DNA of 47,473 nucleotides from Octopus sinensis (Eukaryota): NCBI RefSeq assembly GCF_006345805.1, contig NW_021834566.1, positions 1 to 47,473 of the forward strand, read 5' to 3'. Shown piece by piece: positions 37,997 to 47,473 of this stretch (position 1 is its first letter; each line of letters starts with the position of its first letter). The notes under the pieces were generated by a model. It saw only the letters and a program-made list of their open reading frames with translations, ran no database searches and was not told where the DNA came from. The position numbers and the translations under genes were made by a program.

Positions 37997-38565
37997 GAAT
38001 CTTTACCTTTTGATCGACAGATTTTAAAAATATATTTACGAAGTTATTTCACGTTAAAGTTGTAGTATTTCGGTAATTTCAGCCAATCAATGACGTGTAT
38101 TCAGCTGAATAAAATTACTGCCGTTGTTTGTCAACAACAACTATCGGCGGTGTATTTTTCGTTTGTCACTGTTATTTATGACATCGTTCGTGCGTTTGAA
38201 GTTTTAAGGTGTTAGGGTGTTAGGGTTAAGGTTTTAGGGTTAGGGTTTTAGGGTTAGGATGCTAGGGTTTGGGTTTTAGGGTTAGGGTTGTCATAAATAA
38301 CAATGACAAACGAAATATACATCGCCGGAAGTTCTTGTTGACAAACAACAGCAGTAATTTTATTCAGCTGAATACACGTCATTGATTGATTGAAATTACC
38401 GCAATATTACAACCTTAACGTGAAATAACTTCGTAAATATAAGCTTTTCTCAAAAACGCTAAGAGTAAAAGATATTTTATATGACACACTCTACCAGTGT
38501 CCGAAGTTTGAAAGTGTTTAGTTACAAAAAATGTTTTTAATCTGTCGGTCAAAAGGTAAAGATCC
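37997..38565. mobile_element. Second copy of the Merlin-like telomere-core foldback element
   Basis: Arms closely similar to 5869-6614; flanks aaagattg/aaagattt; shorter TTAGGG core at about 38208-38250. Confidence 0.75.
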
Positions 38566-38853
38566 AAAGATTTTTTCAAAATATTCTTTTTTTTTTTTGT
38601 TCTTCATTTACTGGTTTCAGTCATTTTACTGTGGCCGTGCTGGAGCACCGCCTTGAAGGGTTTTAGTCGAATAAATCAACACCAATTCTTATTTTTTAAG
38701 CCTAGTACTTTTTCTATCGGTCTCTTTTAGAACTGCACTTCCCTCGCTGACAACGTAGTAAATATATGTTACTGTACATGGCTTTACACTCCGCCAAGGT
38801 ATGTCGTTATAAACATTTTGAAATAAGGAACATGAATATAAATTACAAATTAC

Positions 38854-39082
38854 CTTCTACAGTGATGGCAGTCAACTCCTTTATCTAGTGGCTGCCAACA
38901 GGCACGGTATTCGGGCACACTGGAAATACATGTTTTTCTACATGCTTTTTTAGTGCGGAAGTTGTTTGGATTTCTAGGACAACGGTTCCAAGTTTTCCTA
39001 CACATTCTTGATTGGAAATGATAATACCAATAAGGGGCATAACTCGTATAGCATCCACCATGGTTTCTTGGATAAAGACACG
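38854..39082 (-). CDS. Double-Kunitz secreted protein, second coding exon (Kunitz domain 1 and start of domain 2)
   Basis: Acceptor aaaatttcag|, donor AG|gtaatt. Translation ACLYPRNHGGCYTSYAPYWYYHFQSRMCRKTWNRCPRNPNNFRTKKACRKTC has six Cys (C-x8-C-x16-C-x6-C-x12-C-x3-C) and the N-x-F-x-T-x-x-x-C-x-x-x-C Kunitz tail. Confidence 0.9.
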
Positions 39083-39365
39083 CTGAAATTTTAGAAAATA
39101 TGGCCATAATTATTGTAAACATTCAAACTAATACATTACATTTGTTTTGATTGAAAATAGTAAGAATATTGGGTTTGTGTGTTTGTTTTGCAAGATTACT
39201 GGCGTGAAATCGTGTGTATATAGTGTGTGTAGTTATTTGGCAAAACTAATGACTATCCCTGAATATGATAAAAATTAAAATGTTCGTACTTCGTTTTTGT
39301 ATCTGGTTTTCAAGATTCTTTATGAGAATGTGTGTTGAAACAAATTTTGTTGTGTCTTCAGAGAA

Positions 39366-40046
39366 TTATGTTTTCCTTTTGAACGGCAGTTTTCAACACA
39401 ATTTCTAGTTAACTAAACACTTTTAAACTTCGTATACTGGTAGAATGTGTCAAAATAAAATATTTTTTTCTCTTGGCTTTCTTGAGAAAATTTTAATTTG
39501 TAAGTTTAACGTAGTTTAATTTTTCGAATTTTAACCTCTATTGAGCTAAATTCATTTGCTGCATCTAAAACTGAGACAACATCCTGTCACTAATCCTAAC
39601 CCTAAATTTTAGTCTTTCGTTTTTTTTTTCTTAATTTTAAATCAATTTAATTGTTACGCGTGTGTCTAAAATTATTCGTTTTGTTTTTGTTTTGAGTTTT
39701 TGCTTTCGTTTTAGCCTTTCGTTTTTTTTTTCTTAATTGTTAAATTAATTTAAGGATAACAATTAAGAAAAAAAACGAAAGACTAAAATTTAGGGTTAGG
39801 GTTAGGGTTAGTGACAGGATGTTGTCTCAGTTTTAGACGCAGCAAATGGTTTTAGCTCAAAAGAGGCCATCGATTGGTTACAATTCGAAAAATTAAACTA
39901 CGTTAAACTTACTAATTACAATTTTCTCAAGAAAGCCAAGAGACAAAAATGTTTTATTTTGACACATTCTACCAGTATACGAAGTTTAAAAGTGTTTAGT
40001 TAACTAGAAATTGTGTTGACATGTGCCGTTCAAAAGGAAAAGATCC
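39366..40046. mobile_element. Related foldback element (different subfamily, same GGATCTTT-CCTTTTGA termini)
   Basis: Near-complete palindrome; right end ttcaaaaggaaaagatcc; cctaaccctaa / ttagggttagggttag inside the arms. No TSD recognisable. Confidence 0.7.
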
Positions 40047-40051
40047 AACAC

Positions 40052-40431
40052 AAACACTGGTACAATTCCATTTCTTTAATTTTAGTCGATTGGTTAAATA
40101 TCCAATTAGCTAATCTATTGTTTATTTAATTTGGTTAAACAGTAATTCATTTTTGTTTGTTTGTCTTTTTTTTTGTCAAAGCTCTTTCGTTGTAACAATA
40201 TTTTCAATGACTTTCTTTCTTAGTCCGTTACGGAGGCCGCGTTTGTCTGCCGAAGATGACGGACTATGAAGAAAGTCATTGAAAAAGTTGCAAGTAGCAA
40301 CGAAAGAGCTTTGACAAACAAAAACAAAACAAATGAATTACTGTTTAACCAGATTAAAGAAACAATCCATTACCTAGTTGGATATTTAACCAAATGACAA
40401 ATAATAAAGGAATGAGATTGAACCAGTGTTT
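40052..40431. mobile_element. Foldback MITE (ACACTGG...CCAGTGT termini)
   Basis: Inverted arms at about 40090-40225 and 40259-40392. A related copy lies at about 26215-26480. Confidence 0.65.
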
Positions 40432-40959
40432 CTATTAGTAATAATGGCATAATGACGCTTCCTAGATACAACATAAAAGAATATTCATAATTTTATAACA
40501 GTACAATGACAGCAGCACGGAATTTTGTCAGTGAATAGGTCGCGGTTTCAAAGCGACAAAAATATTTTGACAAATTAAATTTAAATGTTGAAGTGAATCT
40601 AACGGTTTTTGTGTGTTTTTAAAATGACTTATAAACACCTTCTACGCTGCAATTGTTTCTATATATATATACTAGCATTAAAGACCCGTCGTCGACGGGT
40701 CATAGTGCTAGTGCATGTATATATGTGTATATATATATATGTGTACATATTACATGTACATCTATATATATACATCTACACATAAAATGCAAAATACAAA
40801 GTTATATCTTGATATCGCTAGTGATAACAATACTCAAAATATATAACAGACTGGAATTGTAATCCCGTCTCTTGTAATTTCGATCAATTGTATCTTGTCC
40901 TCCCTTTTGTATAGAAGTGTGGCTACACTCCAGCCTACCTCTACTTCGGGGGGGGGGGG

Positions 40960-42010
40960 GGGCATTTAAAATTTTTTTTCCGGAACGTCCTACGTCCCAG
41001 ATATAAAGGTAAAAATAAAATATTTCCACTTTGCAATTTCGAGTCGAGTACTCCCTTGACTCGAACCTTGCTTCTATTGTGGCGAATAGTAGAAGGGGTG
41101 GTAAAAACTTTCCAAACCTATTCAGACATTTCAATCTGTCTAAGAATTACCGATTGGATTTCCCGGATGTGCCAATATGGACGTGGGTGAATCGCATCGG
41201 GTCAACCAAGTCATATCTAAACAGGGTATTCTGTAGACCAAAGGCGGCGTGCTGGCAGAAACGTTAGCACGCCGGGCGAAATGCGTAGCCGTATTTCGAC
41301 TGTCGTTATGTTGTGAGTTCAAAGTCCGCCGAGGTCGACTTTGCTTTCATCCTTTCGGGGTCGATAAATTAAGTACCAGTTACGCACTGGGGTCGATATA
41401 ATAGACTTAATACCTATGTCTGTCCTTGTTTGTCCACTCTGTGTTTAGACCCTTGTGGATAATAAAGAAATAGGTATTCTGTAGACCAGTAGATAAAGAT
41501 AGTATAAGTTGTCCACTTTTCAAAATCGTCGGCTACACAGACCACAAGTTTGTGATCTGTACAGTCGACCTATACAGGTTTAGAAGACAGGGATCAGGTT
41601 GCTGGAAGCTGAACGCGTCACTCCCGGCGTACCAAGCTTACAGAGACCGGATTAGAGAATTAGTTAAGCGAATATTGACGAGGGCAATCGTCAACAACAA
41701 ATGAAAAGGCAATAAGTGTATAATCAATTACGTTTCAGTAAGGTATTTGTGATATATAGAAATAAAATAGAAGGGAACTTAGTCAGAAACTTAGAAGAGG
41801 TGCTTAGAAAAGGCATTGCAACCGACGTGCTGGCGGTGAGATTGGCCCTGAACCAATTTTTTAACCTTAAACATCAAGGTTATATTGTCAGAGATGAGTG
41901 CGTGCTCTAAGACAAGAGGGAATGAAAGCTGCTTGGTAGGACCGAGTGGCAGAAACGCAACGTGGCGACAAAGCTGCAATTCCGTCTTTGGTGGACCAAA
42001 ATGGGCGCAA
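40960..42010 (+). mobile_element. Degenerate Tx1/L1-clade ORF2 fragment (endonuclease end + linker), interrupted by a SINE
   Basis: DFPDVPIWTWVNRIGSTKSYLNRVFCRP | VDKDSISCPLFKIVGYTDHK...RQGSGCWKLNASL aligns with ORF2 of the 18-22 kb element. Confidence 0.8.
41241..41472 (+). mobile_element. tRNA-derived SINE family A, full-length monomer with 16-bp TSD
   Basis: AAGGCGGCG head, box-A-like and box-B-like (GAGTTCAAA) motifs, tail cccttgtgg...aaagaaata. TSD ggtattctgtagacca at 41225-41240 and 41473-41488. Confidence 0.9.
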
Positions 42011-42212
42011 GGTACTCGACTTTGTCTTTTATCCTTTCAGGGTCGATTAAATAAGTACCAGTTACGCACTTGGGTCGATGTAATCGACTTAATCCTTTCC
42101 CTAAATGTGAGGCCTTGTGTTTCCAGTAGAAAGGATCATTACTACTACTACTACTAGTAGTAGTAGTAGTAGTAGTAGCAGCAGCAGTAGTGGCAGCAGT
42201 AGTAGCAGCAGC

Positions 42213-42246
<34 letters not shown>

Positions 42247-42568
42247 TGTTGGTTGACTCGGTCTCTTGCTACTCTGGGCTTCATATCTAGGTGCACAGGA
42301 TCTCCAAGCAAGTTATGACTGACCAAAATAACAAATACTATTATGACCAAAATAAGAAATACTATTAATCTCTACTATTGGATTTACTGCTCTTTCTTCC
42401 GACGGTTCACACTAAACAGGCATATACGTGTATGTGTGTGTGTGTGTGTGTGCGTGTATGTGTATGTGTGTGTGTGTGTGTAAAATGAGTATAATTCGTT
42501 TAACAACTGACGTCATGTATTATAGTGAGGGAAATCAAAAGAATTTTCCTTTCATCAGGATCACTTAC

Positions 42569-42650
42569 CGGATGGCGCACGTGGGTAGTGGCCTGCTCTC
42601 ACTCCGAGTCCTACACATATGAGGAAGAGCCAATGAATGAGCCTTAGCAT
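42569..42650 (-). CDS. Double-Kunitz secreted protein, first coding exon (signal peptide MLRLIHWLFLICVGLGVRA/GHYPRAPS)
   Basis: Acceptor ttgctttttcag|ACAAAC-ATG (exon starts at 42656), 27 codons + 1 nt, then donor G|gtaagt. Hydrophobic N-terminus ending V-R-A. Phase 1 matches the next exon (G|CG = Ala). Confidence 0.85.
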
Positions 42651-43371
42651 GTTTGTCTGAAAAAGCAAATAGAAATTTTAAGCAATGAAGTAATTTTACA
42701 TGGAAAACTATTATTTCCTTTGTATTCTTGTAAATTTCATATTATTGTAACAGTTGGCAGAATTGGTAGACGTCGGAGAAAATTCCTTGTTATTTGTTCC
42801 TGTTCTTTACCTTCAGAGCTGAAATCGCGCCAGGGCCACCTTTTTCCTCTCATCCCTTCGAGCTTAAGAAAATAAAGTATCGGTTAAGTACTGAGATTGA
42901 TGACATCGATCTACGTTCTCCCCTCAGAGTTACTCCTAAATCAGAAGCTATTTCTCTAACCTAACCTATCTCGTGCCAATGAAAAACAATTTATTGTAAC
43001 AAAGTTCCGCTTTAGATAATCGTGCACATATTCCATGAGAGGCACAATTCATGAAGCTGGACAATGTGGTTGACAAAAGCCGAGATAGGTCTGAGAGAGA
43101 TTTGACGGTTAGATTACGGAATTGTCTTATCTTTTACTGTTTCTTTGTTTCATTTACAGGAGCTCCACCGTACTGGAGCCCCGCCCTAAAGGGATTAGTC
43201 GAACGACTCTAGTTCTTGTTTATTTTTAAGGCAGGTACTTATTCTATCGATCTCTCTTTTGCCGAACCGTTGATTTATGGAAACGTAAACAGACAAGATT
43301 GCCAATCGGTGCGGGTGACAAATACAACACAAAAAAGCCACACTCATAATATTATGTGTGTGCGTGTGTGC

Positions 43372-43434
<63 letters not shown>

Positions 43435-43439
<5 letters not shown>

Positions 43440-43580
43440 CCTTTCTGTGTTTCTTTCTGTGGAAGAGCGTAGGCTCGAAACGTTAAAGATTTTTTTTCCA
43501 ATTCCCGAGCGTTATACTAATACATGTTTGTTTTCTACACCACCTGTCTTCGTCTTCCGTTTTTTTCGTGAATTCTCCCT
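43435..43580 (+). mobile_element. Short Penelope-like terminal fragment (family P3), second copy
   Basis: cttt-CTGTGGAA-GAGC-GTAG-GCTC-GAAAC-GTT-aaag; ends in (TA)n. Confidence 0.5.
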
Positions 43581-43984
43581 ATATATATATATATTATATA
43601 TATATATATATATATATGGGTGTGTGTGTGTATACACAAACACTCACACACACACGCTGACACACGCTGGCACACACACACAAAAATTAGGGAATAGAAC
43701 AGATAAAATCCAGGCTATATAAATTTCATGGCTAGCGGAACCTTGGAAGTAGTAAATTATCCGAACGAGGTTCAGGCCGCAAGCTACTCTTCAGGACAAG
43801 GACACATTGATTATATGAAGTTTACATAGTGATTAAGAGATCCCGTGTTAACTTGTTGGGGATTCGATTGATCTGCACCAATAAACCACTATTGTCCCTG
43901 AAAGTTGTTTTTTACATCTCCTACGGATCGCTTGAAGCTCACTAACTCCCTACACCTTAATCGTTGGATCTTACCTTTAATATA

Positions 43985-44216
43985 TATTTCTTTACTACCC
44001 ACAAGGGGTTAAACATATAGGGGACAAACAAGGACAGACAAAGGAATTAAGTCGATTACATCGACCCAGTGCGAAACTGGTACTTTATTTATCGACCCCG
44101 AGAGGACGAAAGGCAAAGTCGACCTTGGCGGAATTTAAACTCAGAACGTAGAGGCAGACGAAATACGGCCACGCATTTCGCCCGGCGTACTAACGTTTCT
44201 GCCAGCTCGCCGCCTT
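43985..44216 (-). mobile_element. SINE family A, full-length monomer with 16-bp TSD
   Basis: TSD tatattaaaggtaaga (minus strand) at 43969-43984 and 44217-44232. Confidence 0.9.
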
Positions 44217-45356
44217 TCTTACCTTTAATATACTTACATACATACATATACTTCGGGTTTCTACCAGTTTCCATCAACTAAATTTACTCACAAAACAATT
44301 GTCGTACCGGTGCTATAGTAGCAGATACTTACCTATGGCAATGTACAGTGATACTGAACCCAAATTCACATGGTTATAAAGCGAGTTTCATAAACAAAAC
44401 ATCTATGTCAACGCCTCTGAGCAATTCTAAGCATGAACAAATGAACTGGCGATATTTGATTTAAAGGAAATGTAATAATATGGACAAAGTCAGTGAAAAA
44501 TTTACTTTAAAAAACAGAAATGCTCTAACTAAACTGCAAGTAATCATGAATTTGCAACGAATGAGGCTATGTAAAAACAATTAAAAATCAGGGGAAAATC
44601 CGCACTATAATGTTCCCGTATCAGTTTCTAAATTAAGCTTTTTCATTTTATGCATCGTTATGGACGCCTGGTAAGATCGATTTCTGAATGTTTACTTAAT
44701 TCAAGAGTTTGTTTTTCCAAATATGAATTTTTAATAATGCTTTTAGTCAATTCAAGCATTTTAGAAGAAAATATTAAGTTCTGGCAAGATGAATATGATT
44801 TTATTTAACTTTGCTGAATAAAAACCATTCTACTCCATTTATATTACTTATGACCGTAGAAACAACACGAGTGTCAGAACATTCCATATTTTCTCTTCCT
44901 CTTCTAAAAGCGAAAGACCAGGGCTTAGTCAAAAGAAAACTATTATTATATTTGTCTTGTAGGATCTCACAGTTAGACAGTTTTGTAGGGTCAGTATTTT
45001 CGATTAGTTGAGATTATCCAAGCATTTAGAAAAGTCGCTTTCTACGGCGTGTTCAAACTATAGAAACAAGAACCAAAGAAGATAAATGCAATCATATTAA
45101 TTAATGGAATTTTAAAAATAAAAATGTAAATTGCATTTGGAAATGCTTCATCCTAGTCTACATAAGTTCTAAATATAAATATAACAATAAAGAGCATGTA
45201 TAAAAAAGCAATTTCCTTTTTTTATTTGGAAGTGGTTCTATCTTAATAAGAAATTTGAAATGTAGAACTAGCAGTTGAAAACTATATTTTCCTTGAAGAA
45301 ATCACTGCTAAAAAAGTAATGGTGTAAATTTGAATTTAAAATTTATGGTCACTTAC

Positions 45357-45410
45357 CTTTTTATGTTATTTATCTTGATCAGACTAGATATTTTTACATG
45401 CTACCTGCTG
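45357..45410 (-). other. Candidate non-coding first exon (5' UTR) of the Kunitz gene
   Basis: Consensus donor AAAG|gtaagt at 45357/45356. The coding exon has an acceptor upstream of its ATG, so an upstream exon is needed. A TATAAAT lies about 25-30 nt upstream. The start position is approximate. Confidence 0.45.
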
Positions 45411-45433
45411 CCCTGAGACCAGATCAATGAGAG

Positions 45434-45440
45434 ATTTATA
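45434..45440 (-). promoter_or_regulatory. Candidate TATA box (TATAAAT) for the Kunitz gene
   Basis: Motif lies upstream of the candidate first exon at a plausible distance. Common by chance in AT-rich DNA. Confidence 0.3.
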
Positions 45441-45449
45441 ACAAAATAC

Positions 45450-45472
45450 CGCATTTACACGCATACACCCAC

Positions 45473-45505
<33 letters not shown>

Positions 45506-45712
45506 CATAAGTCAGTATGATAAATAAATATATGTATAAATATACGTCTGTACAAGTGTGTGTAAGTGTGTATATGGGTATGCGTACTATATGTATTTAC
45601 ATGAGTGTGTGTATATAAGTAAATATGCAATATGTATAAGTGTGCGGAATGCGTCTAGGTGTGTATCACTGTATATATTTGTGTGCATATATACATATAT
45701 ATGTACACACAC

Positions 45713-45748
<36 letters not shown>

Positions 45749-45761
45749 TTATGTATATATA

Positions 45762-45794
<33 letters not shown>

Positions 45795-46156
45795 AGGTCT
45801 ATGTGTGTGTGGTGTGTGTATATATATATTGTGTGTGTGTGTATATATATATATGTGTGTGTGTGTGTATATATATATGTGTGTGTGTGTGTGTATATAT
45901 ATATGTGGTGTGTGTTGTGTGTATATATATATGTGTGTGTGTGTGTGTTCATATATATGTGTGTGTGGTGTGTATATATTATGTATGTGTGTGTGTATAA
46001 TTAATATGGTGGTGTGTGTGTATATATATGTGTGTGTGTGTGTATATATTGTTTGTGGTGTGTATATTATATGTGTGGTGTGTGTGTGTATATATATATG
46101 TGTGTGTGTGTGTGGGTATATATATATTGTGTGTGTGTGTGGGTGTATATATAATA

Positions 46157-46187
<31 letters not shown>

Positions 46188-46510
46188 GTGTGTGTGTGTA
46201 TATATATATATATATGTGTGTGTGTGTATATATATATAATATATATGTGTGTATGTGGTATATATATAATATATGTGTGTATTGTGTATATATATATATG
46301 TGTGTATGTGTGTATATATATATATATGTGTGTATATATATATATATATGTGTGTATGTGTGTATATATATATTTATGTGTGTATGTGTGTATATATATA
46401 TTTATGTGTGTATGTGTGTATATATATATTTATGTATATATATGTATATATATATATGTATATATATATATGTATGTGTGTATGTATATATATATATATA
46501 TATGCATACA
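45450..46510. repeat. About 1-kb compound (TA)/(TG) microsatellite
   Basis: Nearly continuous alternating purine-pyrimidine mosaic. Confidence 0.95.
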
Positions 46511-46868
46511 CAGCTATTTACATAAGTATGTGAAAACATTCATGATTATATTTTTGTGTTTACATTTTTAACCAACATGAATTACATGAAATGTCCAAAC
46601 AACAGTAATGAGCTGAAATGTTAGATCATTTTCTATCGTTAGAAATCCTGCAACGTTTGATATTCTCATCACGGAATTAATAAACATAACTGTACATTTC
46701 AAAATTTAAAATTCCTACTAGGCAAAATCGATTTTTTTTTTTATACGTGTCGTTTTTACTGTTTTTTTTTTTTTTGATATTTAAATATTGAATCCGCCAT
46801 TTTCTAAAGTATATAAATATGATACTTTTATGGTCGACCGAGCTATAAGATGACGGAACTCGTAACTG

Positions 46869-46900
<32 letters not shown>

Positions 46901-46901
<1 letters not shown>

Positions 46902-47460
46902 CCCTGATGCAGTACCCAGCATGGCTCTCATGGCTTCTGATCTTAACTGATTGGAAGTGTTATCGTGTACATTGTTTTGTCTTTGTATAAAGATGGGCTA
47001 CAGCAAATATTCTGCTCAATACCACAGATTTGCTTGTCAGTTGTTTGACCTTAACCGTTTAGCATGTCCCTTAGTGGCTGACGATATGTGCATCTCTGAT
47101 CACGAGCAGAAGTAGTGGGGAGCATCATAGCCATGTGTTGAGAAGGATTCTTTGGGGTTTGAATAATTCACCTCTGGAAACATGGGTGTTTCGTTCAACG
47201 TCCTTAAACAACCGTATTTCAGGGACCTTTTGAGCGGGATGGTTTACTCGATCTGAGAAAATTCTAACTGGGCTCCACCTGCAAGGTCATGTGCTGTTTA
47301 TCTTGATATGGAGATCACACCATGTCGCGCACTTATGGTTGTGATGTATGTGCCTTGGTACCCTTATCAGACGGGTAGTCATGATGGGTATACTGGGCTT
47401 CGTATATTTTACCCCAGTGTCACTTTATGGCATGCTCTGCTCGCTCACTCAATATATCCA
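46901..47460 (+). mobile_element. Unclassified ~560-bp interspersed repeat (family D) flanked by (TAA)n
   Basis: Homologous to 16977-17717 (-) and 15490-15660 (+). No ORF and no TIR seen. Confidence 0.75.
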
Positions 47461-47473
47461 AATAATAATAATA

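Overview
AT-rich, repeat-dense eukaryotic DNA. The SINE families and microsatellite load look like an octopus or other coleoid cephalopod, but I recognised this by eye and did not run a search. Two spliced minus-strand genes for secreted proteins can be reconstructed by hand. (1) A complete 165-aa, highly basic, Tyr/Cys-rich protein with two Kunitz domains (coding exons 42650-42569, 39082-38854, 37947-37761). (2) A divergent C-type-lectin-fold protein (candidate signal exon 13893-13845, exons 5812-5645 and 2425-2195, probably continuing at 58-1 and off the window). The rest is mostly mobile DNA: a near-intact but 3'-truncated Tx1/L1-clade LINE (21988-18070) plus fragments, three tRNA-derived SINE families, mariner and DD37D/maT relics, Merlin-like foldback elements with telomere-repeat cores, Penelope-type ends with hammerhead-like motifs, Helitron-like pieces and microsatellites. 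The most interesting pattern links the Tx1 LINE to the commonest SINE. They share a 3' tail, SINE copies carry 16-bp TSDs starting NNTATT, and that same site lies inside the SINE's own head. The LINE's 5' end sits exactly 16 bp into that site, and SINE tandem arrays are joined there. Together these suggest a self-targeting LINE/SINE pair.
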